Shown in pieces: positions 23,999 to 61,312 of a DNA stretch of 64,000 nucleotides. How positions within the stretch are numbered: position 1 is the stretch's first letter; the number at the start of each line of letters is the position of its first letter. The DNA lies in the NCBI GenBank assembly GCA_002269645.1, contig NIVC01000012.1:310001-374000 (forward strand). The letters run 5' to 3'. The notes beneath the pieces were generated by a model. The model did no database searches. It had not been told where the DNA came from and saw nothing but the letters and a program-made list of their open reading frames with translations. The translations under genes were made by a program, and so were the position numbers. This stretch comes from Macrostomum lignano (Eukaryota).

Positions 23999-25929
23999 TT
24001 AAAAGACAATCAAACGCAGACACCAGGTTGCCAAGGCCATAGCAACCAGACAGACCGAGTCTACTCGCACACTCGAAGCGCCAGCGAACACGTCGAATTG
24101 AAAAATATACCTATAAGGATCTTTGCCGTCGTTAAATTTCATTGGACAATTATCGAATAGCCGTTCGTTCTCGGTGAGCTCGAGCATGAGGCTGGCGCTC
24201 TCCTCCGGATAGGCGCTCGAGCTGATCTGCTGCGGCATGCACTTGGAGGCCATGCTCCTCGACAGTCGATAGGTCCTCAGGCCGGTGCGACGGTAAATCC
24301 AACAGCGGAAATTCCCCACAACCGGATCGTCGGGATCGTAGGTGATTAAATAGGATTTGGCGTCCTCCATCCAGTAGCCAACGCAGGTGAGAATATTGTC
24401 CGGCACATCGTATTCGGACAGTGGCCGGCCATTGTGGTCGAGTTTCATGCAGCGATCGACGTCTAAGCGAAGCTGCTTGTTCTCCCCTGTGCAGGCGTAC
24501 AGGTCCGACTCGTTGAGGCTGTCGCAGCGCACCTGGACTCTGGATGGGGAGGGGTAATTAGGGATGGATTAGGGATGGATTAGGGATGGATTAGGGATGG
24601 ATTAGAGATGGATTAGGAATCAATTAGGGATGAATTAGAGATGGATTAGAGATGGATTAGGGATGGATTAGGGATGGATTAGGGATGGATTAGGAATCAA
24701 TTAGGGATGAATTAGGGATGGATTAGAGATGGATTAGGGATGGATTAGTGATGGATTAGGGATGGATTAGTGATGGATTAGGATGAATTATGGATGGATT
24801 AGGGATGGATTAGGGATGGATTAGGAATCAATTAGGGATGAATTAGAGATGGATTAGGGATGGATTAGGGATGGATTAGGGATGGATTAGGGATGGATTA
24901 GGGATGGATTAGGGATGGATTAGGGATGGATAAGGGATGGATTAGGAATCAATTAGGGATGAATTAGGGATGGATTAGTGATGGATTAGGGATGGATTAG
25001 GGATGGCTTAGGGATGGATTAGAAATGGATTAGAAATGAGTTAGGAATGGATATGAGATGCATTAAAGAAGGATAAAGGATCAAAGAAGAAACATACATT
25101 GGGAAAACATTAGTGGGAGACATTAAGATTAAAATTAAAGAGATATCCGACACACGCATTGGAGATTTAAGACAGGATGAAAATGACTAACTGGCTTACC
25201 GAGGCCTGATGGTAACCCCGCCAGGTATTTTTGTGTAATACTTCTCAGCGCTCTGCCCAATCATGTTGAACTTGTAGCGTCCTTGAAGCGGGCAATTCAC
25301 CGGCACTGGCGGGTTCAGCACAAAATATTCGTAGGTCCACTCAACCTGATCCATGGTGAAGCTGGACCAGTGGCACACCTCGCGGAACCGATTGCTCATG
25401 TAGGACGCGGCGTCCGCGGTGCTGGGGTCGTGCTTGACCGGCTTGGACATGCGGAACCGAATGATGTTGTGGTGCCGGGCGATGAAGTGCATGCAGATGT
25501 AGTCCACGTCACACCGGCCCTCGGTCACCACCGCCATCAGGTAACGGGACTCCTGCGCCTGCGGGGTGAGACAGGGCGGCTGACTGACTGACTGACTGAC
25601 TGACTGACTGACTGACTGACTGACTGACTGACTGACTGACTGACTGACTGACTGACTGACTGACTGACTGACTGACTGACTGACTGACTGTATGACTGAC
25701 TGACTGACTGACTGACTGACTGACCGTCTGACTGACTGACTGACTGACTGACTGACTGACTGACTGACTGACTGACTGACTGACCGTCTGACTGACTGAC
25801 TGACTGATGACTGACTGACTGACTGACTGACTGACTGACTGACTGACTGACCGTCTGATTGACTGACTGACTGACTGACTGACTGACTGACTGACTGACT
25901 GACTGACTGACACTAAGACAGACAGATAG

Positions 25930-26019
<90 letters not shown>

Positions 26020-26440
26020 CTGTATAACCAACCTGTCTGCACACGAAGTACACCTCCTCCCACTGGTACTGGTCCAGCTGCCTGCGCATCTTGATGGTGG
26101 TGGCGTTGATGTAAACGTCGGTCTGGTACTCAGCCGGGTAGAACCAGACCCCCGTGAAATTCTTGGGCAAGTTGCAGCCTGGCCTGAGCTGGGGCACCTG
26201 TTCAGCACTGTCCAGGGTGGGCCTGAGCACCAGCTTCATTGGCGAAGTGTCCGGCGAATTCAAAGTCGAGCAGTCGGCGTCCACCGTCATGCCCCAGCTG
26301 CGTGATGGCGGGAGAGGAGGTTTGATGATGCTTATTTGTTTCGAGAGAACACGTGCAACTAGGATTAGTAACTATTAACATAAGAATTACATAATGGTAG
26401 TGACTATGCTAGATGAAAGTTTAAGTCTATTCCTCAGAGA

Positions 26441-26473
<33 letters not shown>

Positions 26474-26502
26474 GTGTCTGCCTATTTATGTGTCTGTTTA
26501 TG

Positions 26503-26565
<63 letters not shown>

Positions 26566-29257
26566 GTGTCTGCCTGTCTGTCTGCCTGTCTGTCCGTCTG
26601 TCTGTCTGTCTGTTTATGTGTTTGTTTATGTGTTTGTCTGTCTGTCTGTCTGTCTGTTTTCTTGTCTGAAGTAAACTTTTCACCCAGGTCCATAGTGGTT
26701 CAGTGCACAAAATATAGTTGCTATTGCAATTAAATACACAACATCACTAATAACAGAACCAAAACTGTGATAATAAGTAAACAGGCCCGAGCCCAGATGC
26801 CATGCAAGGAGAACTAAATATCGACCAAAATTATAAGCACGTCAGGTTGTACTAGTAGTATTAGTGAGAAAAGCTAAAACTGACGAAAGTTTGTTTTTTA
26901 AGAACTTTGGTCGTGCATAGGGTGCTGTATAAGGCAAACACAGGCTGCATGCGCGTGGAGATTAAAAACTGTTCGAAGGTAAATGTGTAGGAAGAAAAGC
27001 AGCATCTATCTATCTATGTATCTATGTATCTGTGTATCTATGTATCTATGTATCTATGTATCTATGTATCTATGTATCTATCTATCTATGTATCTATGTA
27101 TCATCTATGTATATATATCTATCTATCTATCTATCTATCTATCAGTCGAATTTGCAATTAGTAATCACAAAATGGCAAAATGCAGTGTTAAAAACTTATA
27201 AGTGACCCTCAAATGTGAACAAACAAACATTTCCGTGTAAGCAGTTAGTTTGGCTCTATTATTGCCATAAGCTACATACCATGACATTAACTGGACTTTC
27301 CACTGAATGTGTGACTGCAAATAGGCAATGGTGGAAATGAAGACGGCAGGCACATTTGGAATTGCGAGACAACAATTCTTGGCCACAAATAAGCAACTCA
27401 CCGATAAAGTATGCTTCGTTCATTCTGATCCTTCCTAGTTACCAGGCAGCGGTATTTGAATTTAATATCACCCTGATCCATGCCCACAGCAGCGTAAACA
27501 TTGTTATTGGTATCCGTCCACATGCCGTAGCAATAGTAGGTTTGAGTACCCTGATCCTTCATCTCGGCCAGGCCGGGGCACAGGCCCCACGTGATTCTAG
27601 TTATCCAATTGTCCCGCTCCTGGGAGCCCGCCCGCTGACAGGCCTGTGGGGTGTTTCAGAGATTGAGCAATGTTATCGAGTGCAATATAGATTGTCTATG
27701 TCTGTGATAGGCTGTCGGTGCCTGTGATAGGCTGTCTATGTCTGTGATAGGCTGTCTATGTCTGTGATAGGCTGTCGGTGCCTGTGATAGGCTGTCTATG
27801 TCTGTGATAGGCTGTCGGTGCCTGTGATAGGCTGTCTATGTCTGTGATAGGCTGTCTATGTCTGTGATAGGCTGTCGGTGCCTGTGATAGGCTGTCTATG
27901 TCTGTGATAGGCTGTCGGTGCCTGTGATAGGCTGTCGGTGCCTGTAATAGACTGTCGATGCCTGTGATAGGCTGTCGGGGCCTGTGATAGGCTGTCTATG
28001 TCTGTAATAGGCTGTCTGTGTCTGTACTAGACTGTCGATGTCTGTAATAGGCTGTCGGTGCCTGTGATAGGCTGTCGGTACCTGTAATAGGCCGTCGATG
28101 CCTGTAATAAGCTGTCGGTGCCTGTGATAGGCTGTCGGTGCCTGTAATAGGCTGTCTATGTCTGTAATAGGCTCTCTGTGTCTGTACTAGACTGTCGATG
28201 CCTGTAATAGGCTGTCGGTGCCTGTAATAGACTGTCGATGCCTGTAATAGGCTGTCGATGCCTGTAATAGGCTGTCGATTCCTGTAATAGGCTGTCGATG
28301 CCTGTGATAGGCTGTCTATGTCTGTGATAGGCTGTCAGTGCCTGTGATAGGCTGTCGGTGCCTGTAATAGACTGTCGATGCCTGTAATAGGCTGTCTATG
28401 TCTGTAATAGGCTGTCTGTGTCTGTGATAGGTTTTCTATGTCTGCAATAGACCGTCCATTAACGAAATAGACTGTCTATATCTGTAATAGGCTGTTTATG
28501 ACTGTACCAGGCTGTCCATGTCTGTGGAAAACTTTGTGTGGCTGTACCAGTCTGTCTATATCCGTAACAGACGCTTAAATAGATGTCTATGCAACAGGCT
28601 GTCTTTGTATGCAATAGTTCGACTGTATCTTTGATCCCATAAAATTGTCTAAATATTCACCTTAATTTCGTTATTCAAAGCGTCGCAAGGAGTTCTAGAC
28701 GAATCCTTGAGCTGGTAGGTGAACCAATAGACTCCTTCGAATATAGTCTTGCAATTGTAGCTCTGGTAGTTCCTAGAGAAGCCAACAACTGCAAAACTAT
28801 AGCGATTGTTCATCTCAAACAGAACGCACTTGGCTTTGGCATCAGCCTGGTTAGTTGAATAGAAGCCACTGAGCTGGTACTGGATCACATTAACCGACTG
28901 CCAATAGAATTTCATGCAGAAATAGATCTCGCCAGAGGTGGTGACATTGCGATACAGAACCAACAGATTCCATTTTGATTTCTGTTCAACTTCTACCCGA
29001 TTTCGGTCTACAATTTCTATGCAACGACCATTGCGGTTGCCAAAGTCGCCTTGACGATAAGCTAAGCCAGTATCGGACACCACAACTTCAGTGTTTTGGC
29101 CACCATCTATGACAAACATGGACATTATGTAGCGGCGATCATCGCCTCTAAATGGACAATTGGTAGAGTTAATTGTCTGTGCGTATATTGCTGGCAAACC
29201 AATTAGTGGAAGCAATAAAATCAGATTTGATAGCATTGATGATGATAATTTTGGCAT
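23999..29257 (-). CDS. Uncharacterised secreted, probably GPI-anchored, Cys-rich repeat protein, 667 aa; exons 29257-28661, 27643-27402, 26297-26033, 25558-25200, 24539-23999
   Basis: Signal peptide ([17 protein letters not shown]). Four Cys-rich modules: CPFRG..; [17 protein letters not shown]; C.LP.NFTGVW..ICMHF; CPLQGRY..CVGYW.ED..Y..FRC. Hydrophobic C-terminus [28 protein letters not shown]. All four introns are GT-AG and phase-consistent (2004 nt). From memory it resembles the invertebrate DUF7042/DUF7043-type family (unverified). Confidence 0.85.
24555..25045. repeat. 11-bp minisatellite (GGATGGATTAG)n containing TTAGGG
   Basis: About 44 units with a periodic GGAATCAATTAG variant; lies in intron 4. 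Confidence 0.92.
25580..26020. repeat. Compound microsatellite (GACT)n-CACTAAGA-(CAGA)n
   Basis: Fills nearly the whole of intron 3 (25559-26032). Confidence 0.95.
26440..26670. repeat. (TGTC)n microsatellite
   Basis: Read directly; lies in intron 2. Confidence 0.93.
27003..27145. repeat. (TATC)n/(TATGTATC)n microsatellite
   Basis: Read directly; lies in intron 2. Confidence 0.9.
27690..28560. repeat. 20-bp minisatellite (TGTGATAGGCTGTCTATGTC / ...CGGTGCC)n
   Basis: About 40 units decaying toward 28560; lies in intron 1. Confidence 0.92.
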
Positions 29258-31539
29258 TATGCTTTTATCATAAATGAACAGTTTGTTGCATACAGATACA
29301 AAATAGCCTTAAAAAATTAGAATTAAAAGAAATTTACTTAGGTTTGGATTATTGGCTATGGTAATTTGCAATATCATTTTTATTATTAGAGCTTCCTTTT
29401 TGCTTGGCTAATAAGTGACTAAAAGTTCAAACTTTTAAATAAAAGCCCAATCTTTAAATAATAAAGGCAAAAAATAAAGTTATAGATAGAAGTTAAGATT
29501 TATAGACCCAAAAAGGTCCAAATTAGTTTTTAAAGCAATGCTCTAAATCTCTAAATCATCAAGTATAAAGCTATAGTAATAATTTACAGATATGATTTTT
29601 ATGAGAATGGTTTATAGTAGACAATCTAATAATCATGACCAAATTCACACATTCTACAAGTGGTAATTTAAGTCAAATATACAAATATTGGGTCTATCTA
29701 CTTTTAAAAAAGCAATATAACTTAAATAATGTACTAATCTGCAACATTTTACGTTAAATCTTACGTTATCTATACGATAAAATGAAAACTGCAAATAAAA
29801 CATTTACTAGTTCGAAAAATACGAAGACATCAATTTTGATCCTGTCTTCAAATCGCATTAAAATAAATGATGTAAATACTATGCAACTTAATAAATTAAA
29901 ATTATTAGTTAATAAAATTATCTACAGTTTATTAAAACAGAAATGATGACAAATGTTGTCAATTTAACGAGCTTTAAGTCTAAAATTGCACCTGCCACCT
30001 GATATCTCTTTTTCCGCGTTGTGTCTTGGAAAGTTGGCAGTTTAAAACTTCTAAGAGTTTTAACAAATGCGTATCAAAAAAACGTTTAAAATTAAACAGT
30101 ATCATGTTTATCATTAGTGTTAAAATACAACTATAGCAATGAATGTAACTTGGAAGATGAGAATTTATGTGGAAAAGTTTTTTATTTTAAATTAAATTTT
30201 AATTCCGTGCTCGTGCTTCTGCTGTGGCTTTGCATGTACATGTGTGGCTACTGCACTGACTATTTTTTATTGACAGGAACTGACAGGAGCTTTATTTATC
30301 GTTGTAGTTTGCTCATCTTGTTTTAACAACGTTTTTCATACAAATAGTGGTAAAACCCAAACGTAACAACATCAATTTTTTGCCTTGATAAATTTAATCT
30401 GCTCCACAGACAACATATTTATTACAGTAGCCGTGATTGCTTTAAACTTATAATAATAACAATGTTAAATACTTTTAACGCTTGATTATTGAGTAGCAAA
30501 AATATAATTATATACAACATAACGTCTAAAAATTATACTCGACGTTTCTAAGCAGGATCAAAATTTAACTTTATCCACTTTGATGCGAGATTCCTTAAAA
30601 ATTAGACTAAAAAGTGCATGTGGAATGTGTATCGATTAGAACGATAATATCAGCAATGGCAAACGACACTGTACTTGTACATAAACAAAAACAACAATGC
30701 GTTGAAAGTAGACCGCGCAATATAATACGCCATGGGGTTCCATATTACTCTCTTTGACTAGTGGTGAACAATATATAACATGTGTTTCATGCCAAGAAAA
30801 GGTATTTTGGGCATATTATAGTCATTATCTGACTTAGACGAAAAAACGGAATTTATATCAAATTAATTACGTTGCTTAAAGTGTCAATCAATCATTGATT
30901 TAATTTAACGACAGTCTATAAACGAGAGAGACCGTACTTTAATTAAAGCGTTAAAACAATTAACGCTTACAAAGGGGCGTCGTACCACTCGTAGTAGTAA
31001 ATATAAACAATTATGGACAAGCAAGAAGATTAGGAAGCGACACATAAAATTACTTGAGTATATATACAAATTCAAATTAAACTGGCTTACATAAGCATTA
31101 CATGAGCTCTACAACATCGGTAAAAACAAAATTACAGAAAGGAAAAACAAACGCATAGTTCCTGAAAAAATTCATAATGTTCAAATCCGTGGTCTATAAA
31201 CTTATAGTTATTCGTAGATATTCAATTAAAAAGCTGAGGTCTGTTTCAAACTGTGACTAATTCGTTAAATCAAATTTTATTCAGGGCCGGTAGTGGTCGC
31301 AAAAAATATTTAGGACGGTCCGTTCTACATGCATAAAATGGAGACTTTCTCCAAATACCAGAGAATTCGTTCTCTTATATCCACACTTTTGCTAAATCAT
31401 ATTTCAAGCTCGTTAATCATCCAATATTAGAGATGCCAAAATCTATGACCTGAATATCTCCTGTCTTCCCTATACGATCAATAAAATTCCTAATCTATTT
31501 CTCCTATCTCGGGGCCATTAAATATACATCCAATTGATC

Positions 31540-31710
31540 CCTAATCTACCTTTAAAGATCCCTATTCTATACCTTTAATGATCCCTATTCTACGTTCAAG
31601 CATCACTAATCTACCTTCAAAGATCCCTAATCTATACCCTCAAAGATCCTTAATCTACGTTCAAATATCACTGATCTATGTTCAAAGATCCCTAATCTAC
31701 GTTCAAAGAT
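31540..31710. repeat. 21-bp degenerate repeat (CCCTAATCTACGTTCAAAGAT)n
   Basis: About 8 units just downstream of the Sidekick-like stop. Confidence 0.75.
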
Positions 31711-31786
31711 GTGCCCTATCCATTTCATCCCAATGAACTCTGCTATTTAGATCCACAATTAATGCAAGAAGCGCCACTTAGGAAAG

Positions 31787-55779
<23,993 letters not shown>

Positions 55780-55944
55780 CTGTAATTCGGTTTCGGTGGT
55801 ATATGCAGTATTATGTTGCAGTAATTGGAATAAGTTTTTTATTGGCTGGCTAAATTTTTACAAAAATAATATGTTTGCCGAGAATTACTGATTTGAAAGC
55901 TAATGAAAGTCTCCTGTATGGTAGTATCTAATGCTAAATACATT

Positions 55945-56305
55945 TGGTTTTAGGGTGGGTGTCTTAGAGGGGTTTGGGGTGTCTGAGAGGGGTTTTGGGT
56001 GTCTGAGAGGGGTTTTGGGTGTCTGAGAGGGGTTTTGGGTGTCTGAGAGGGGTTTGGGGTGTCTGAGAGGGTTTGGGGTGTCTGAGAGGGTTTGGGGTGT
56101 CTGAGTGGGGTTTTTTGTGTCTGGGTGGTGTTTGGGGTATCTGAGTGGGGTTTGGGGTGTCTGGGTGGGGTTTGGGGTGTCTGAGAGGGTTTGGGGGTGT
56201 CTGAAAGAGGGGTTTGGGGTGTCTGGGTGGGGTTTGGGGTGTCTGGGTGGGGTTTGGGGTGTCTGAGTGGGGTTTGGGGTGTCTGAGAGGGGTTTGGGGT
56301 GTCTG
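55945..56305. repeat. 19-20-bp G-rich minisatellite (GGGTTTGGGGTGTCTGAGAG)n
   Basis: About 18 units. Confidence 0.9.
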
Positions 56306-56514
56306 CTTTTCTGCACTATTTCTACTACAGCAAGCGAAATACCATCAGAGAAGAACTGGCAAAGCAAATAACAGCGCGAATCTGTCACTGCCTGTCGCTG
56401 CCCCTTAAGTGCAAGGCTGCCTAATAGAAAGAAGCTTTCAAATATTTCACGGAACAGCCTGCTGGAAAAGTGGCCTTCCATTTTGTCATGGACTTGATTC
56501 ATCCGGGCATCTGG

Positions 56515-57125
56515 GCAATCTCAGGGGAGAATCTCAGAGAGAATCTCAGAGGGAGAATCTTAGGGGAGAATCTCAGAAGGAGAATCTCAGAGGGAAGAAT
56601 CTCAGAAGGAGAATCTCAGAAGGAGAATCTCAGAGGGAGAATCTCAAGGGGAAATCTCAGGGGGGAGAATCTCAGGGGAGAATCTCAGAGAGAATCTCAG
56701 AGGGAGAATCTTAGGGGAGAATCTCAGAAGGAGAATCTCAGAGGGAAGAATCTCAGAAGGAGAATCTCAGAAGGAGAATCTCAGAGGGAGAATCTCAAGG
56801 GGAAAATCTCAGGGGGGAGAATCTCAGGGGAGAATCTCAGGGGAGAATCTCAGGTGGGAGAATCTCAGGGGGGAGAATCTCAGGAGGGGAGAATCTCAGA
56901 GGAGAATCTCAGAGGGAAGAATCTCAGAAGGAGAATCTCAGAGGAGAATCTCAGAGGGAAGAATCTCAGAAGGAGAATCTCAGGGAAGAATCTCAGAGGA
57001 GAATCTTAGAAAAGAATCTCAGGGGAGAATCTCAGGTGGGAGAATCTCAGGGGGAGAATCTCAGGGGAGAATCTCAGGTGGGAGAATCTCAGGGGGAGAA
57101 TCTCAGAGGGAGAATATCAGGCGGA
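56515..57125. repeat. GAGAATCTCAGGG(G)-core variable minisatellite
   Basis: Variable 11-15-bp units with a higher-order duplication. Confidence 0.9.
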
Positions 57126-57789
57126 CGAGGATCTTATCCAGAATCTTAGCCGGATGCATCTCATTTTGGCGATGCCTTCCCCTAGCTGCCATCTTTATAT
57201 TCTACACTCATCTGTCTAGCAAAAATCTGAAATGCTGACTTCAGCAGCTTACGTAACCAGCGTGAGCTGACGCGGCTATTGACAAGTATAACTGCAGCCC
57301 CTCTCTCTCTCGATCTCAGAAACAGATTTCCGATAAATATACAAACAGACAAATTAATGTTCCGCCGTATTTCAGTGAATATATTTATTGCCAAACATAT
57401 GGCAAAAGGAAATGATAAGCTTTCAGACACAGTGGCTCCTGTTTTAGAGGCTTAAGAGCCAATATGATATATTATTATTAGACAAATTAACATGTCGTAT
57501 TAAGAGTATGAGCCTTTTTATCGTATACTCCTTCGGTCCGAGAGCAGCTTACATCCATCACTCTCCCGGCCACTTACAACCAGTAAATGAAGATGGATTG
57601 ACGGTGAGGGAGGCGTACAGTCTGGCATACAGTCGGTCAAGCAAGATGCAGTGAATGGAGTATCAATATTAACTGGAAATTGTCTTCAAACAAGGCAAGG
57701 TAAGAAAGTAAAATGTTAGTAGACTTGATTGCTTGCACAAGCAGTTGGTTGCGGCTGCTAAGGGAAGGGAATCTATCTGATCGTTGCTA

Positions 57790-58300
57790 ACTCCCTGGAG
57801 GTCCCGAAGGATTCTGGAAGGTCCAGAAGGTTTCTGGAGGTTTCGAAGGTTTCTGGAAGGTCCCGAAGGTTTCTGGAAGGTCCCGAAGGATTCTGGAAGG
57901 TCCAGAAGGTTTCTGGAGGTCTCGAAGGTTTCTGGAAGGTCCTGAAGGTTTCTGGAAGTCTCGAAGGTTTCTGGAAGGTCCCGAAGGTTTCTGGAAGGTC
58001 CCGAAGGTTTCTGGAAGGTCCCGAAGGTTTCTGGAAGGTCCCGAAGGTTTCTGGAAGGTCCCGAAGGTTTCTGGAAGGTCCCGAAGGTTTCTGGAAGGTC
58101 CCGAAGGTTTCTGGAAGGTCCCGAAGGTTTCTGGAAGGTCTCGAAGGTTTCTGGAAGGTCCCGAAGGTTTCTGGAAAGTCCCGAAGGTTTCTGGAAAGTC
58201 CCGAAGGTTTCTGGAAAGTCCCGAAGGTTTCTGGAAGGTCCCGAAGGTCTGAAAGTCCAGGAGGTTCCGAGGGTACCAAAAGTCAAGGAAGTCCCGAAAG
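57790..58300. repeat. 20-bp minisatellite (GAAGGTTTCTGGAAGGTCCC)n
   Basis: About 25 units. Confidence 0.93.
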
Positions 58301-58674
58301 TCAGGAATATCGAAAAGTGATGCTAACCTGAACAGCATAAATTCCAATAGAAAACAGCATAATTTAGGTTACGTGATCTCTAACTCCTCACGGGCCTATG
58401 AACAAAAACTAACAAAACCAACAATTGGTCCGCTTTTAATTAATCATTGCGTGACAAACAACGGAATGTGTCCAGCCAACTTATCGTTGCTTACTTAGTG
58501 TTTTTTTTTACTGTGGACAGACATTTACCTACTAAATAGCTCTTGTGTTATTAACTGATTTATTTCTCTAGAATTATTTTACGGTCAGATAATTAGTGAC
58601 TGAATCGGACATGGCATGGGGGTCGTTGCACATGTGAGGGTCAAGCAGCCCACCCCCTTGTCCGGGGATATTTC

Positions 58675-59290
58675 ACGAGACCTAAACTTCACGAGACCTA
58701 AGCTGCACAAGACCTAAACTTCACAGGACCTAAACTTCGCAAGACCTAAACTTCGCAAGACCTAAACTTCACAAGACCTAAATTACACAAGACCTAAACT
58801 TCACAAGACCTAAGCTGCACAAGACCTAAACTTCACAAGACCTAAACTTCACAGGACCTAAACTTCGCAAGACCTAAACTTCGCAAGACCTAAACTTCAC
58901 AAGACCTAAATTACACAAGACCTAAACTTCACAAGACCTAAAATTCACAAGACCTAAACTTCGCAAGACCTAAACTTCACAGGACCTAAATTACACAAGA
59001 CCTAAATTACACAAGACCTAAACTTCACAAGACCTAAAATTCACAAGACCTAAACTTCGCAAGACCTAAACTTCACAAGACCTAAACTTCGCAAGACCTA
59101 AACTTCACAGGACCTAAATTACACAAGACCTAAATTACACAAGACCTAAACTTCACAAGACCTAAAATTCACAAGACCTAAACTTCGCAAGACCTAAACT
59201 TCACAAGACCTAAACTTCGCAAGACCTAAACTGCACAAGACCTAAAGTTTACAGGACATCGAATTCACAAGATCTAAACTTCACAAGAAA
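58675..59290. repeat. 16-bp minisatellite (AAGACCTAAACTTCAC)n
   Basis: About 38 units. Confidence 0.93.
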
Positions 59291-59879
59291 ATATCCCTCT
59301 GACCTAAACACCATAGCTTTCTAAGACAGACAGAGAGGTAACTAAGAGCAGAAACCGCCCTAAGCTCATGCCACAGCAAGAGAACATCCAGAGATTTCAG
59401 GATTTTCAAGTCAGCAGTACAAGATATATCATACAGCTTACGTGACAAGTGGTAATATATTTAATCTCATGGTAAATTTTAAAATCCTTGATTCAATTCC
59501 AGTTCTGGGACTTCTCAAGCCAGGCCCACCTATGACTCACCCGTCAGCTTGGCTGAAATCAGACAAAATCGCCACAAAAAAACAGTTGTGCAAAGTCAGC
59601 TCTCCAAGTGACAATGAAACCTCTGTTGACATTTCCAAAATACAGGTATTGACCCAGGTTTTAGACCGCTGCAGAGCTCTCAGTTTACACTTTCAAATTG
59701 TGTTGTCTCTGTTGGTTCACTCGGTCTTAAAAAATGTGATCAATAGAAGTGAGACGTACGGCATCAGTGAGGGAGGGAGATTAATGAAGTAATTTTTTCG
59801 CATAGATTTCTGGCCAACGCACAGAGGTAAAGTCATTGAAAAATGAATAATCTGAAAAAAGCAAATTTGGAAAGATAGC

Positions 59880-60185
59880 AGAGATGAGACACAGAGAGAG
59901 AGAGAGAGAGAGAAGTTGAGAGAAAAGAGAGGAGAATGGAAGGAGAGGAGAGAGGAGAGAGGAGGAGAGAAGAGAAGAGAGGAGAGAGGGGAGAGAAGAG
60001 AAGTGGATAGGGGAGATGGAGACAGAGAGAGGGAGAGAGGAAAGAGGAAGAGAAGGGAGAGGAAGACAGGGGAGAGGGAGAAAGGAGAGAGGAGAGAGGA
60101 GAGAGGAGAGAGGAAGAGAAGGGAGAGGGAGACAGGGGAGAGGGAGAGAGGAGAGAGAAGGGGAGAGAGAAGGGGAGGGCAGAAG
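59880..60185. repeat. GA-rich polypurine low-complexity tract
   Basis: Read directly. Confidence 0.88.
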
Positions 60186-60784
60186 AGTCTACAGAGACAT
60201 GGACAATATATCATACATCAGTAAAACTGCAAAAACCATACGCAGAACAAAGGAGACGGGGAGACTGCAAAGAAAAAAGGGGTGAGTGGGAGGAAAAAGT
60301 AGAAACTGAAGCATTTAGCTACCCGTAAGAGCATAGCTAACAAGCTGTCAGTAGCAGACCCCAATCCAAGCCAGTATCTACAGCAGCTAATAAACGAGAT
60401 ACACAAAAACCCCTGGGTTACTATTGAGCACACTCAGTCGTCCAATTACTAAATGTCACCCATCACCAGTCTTCAAAGACACACTTGGAGACACGAGATG
60501 AGAGGATCGGATGTGTCAATCAGCCACACGCCTTGATACCATGACTTACCTAATCCTCTCAAATTTGTTATACCGACAAAGTGTCAGTTAAATTTGAGTT
60601 AATAAGATGCAGTTGTGAATTTGATTCTCCCTGAATGGAGCTGCTGTGCCGCATTGAAAATTGTCACGCTTTAATAAATTTGTGATTGATAACAAAATTA
60701 ATGAATAACTAAGCAGCTGTCAATGGTGTTGGATTAATCAATCAAAATTTATTGCAACTTCTTGGGGTTAAAATATGGAAATGA

Positions 60785-61312
60785 CATTTCCACTGATGGG
60801 GTCACTGATGGAGTCACAGAACGGGTCACTGATGGGGTCACAGAACGGGTCACTGATGGGGTCACAGAAAGGGTCACTGATGGGGTCACAGAACGGGTCA
60901 CTGATAGGGTCACAGGACGAGTCTTTGATGGTGTCACAGAATGGGTCACTGATAGGGTCACAGAACGGGTCACTGATGATAGGATCACAGAACGGGTCAC
61001 TGATAGGGTCACACAACGGGTCACTGATGATAGGATCACAAAACGGGTCACTGATGGGGTTATAGAACGGGTCACTGATGGGGTCATAGGACGGGTCTTT
61101 GATTGGGTCACAGAATGGGTTACTGATAGGGTCACAGAACGGGTTACTGATGATAGGATCACAGAACGGGTCACTGATGATAGGATCACAGAACGGGTCA
61201 CTGATGAGGTCACAGGACGGTCTTTGATGATAAGTTCACAGAATGGGTCTTTGATTGGGTCACAGAATGGGTCACTGATAGGGTCACAGAACGGGTCACT
61301 GATGGGGTCACA
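60785..61312. repeat. 24-bp minisatellite (CACTGATGGGGTCACAGAACGGGT)n
   Basis: About 21 units with 27-bp variants. Confidence 0.92.

Noticed and set aside
26664-26731. Extra exon in the Cys-rich gene ([12 protein letters not shown])
   Set aside because: Exons 2 and 3 already join in phase 2 to give [12 protein letters not shown], so no insertion is needed.
57520-57675. Upstream sdk Ig exon (NIDTPFTASC...)
   Set aside because: No Ig C-strand Trp in frame and no phase-compatible donor.
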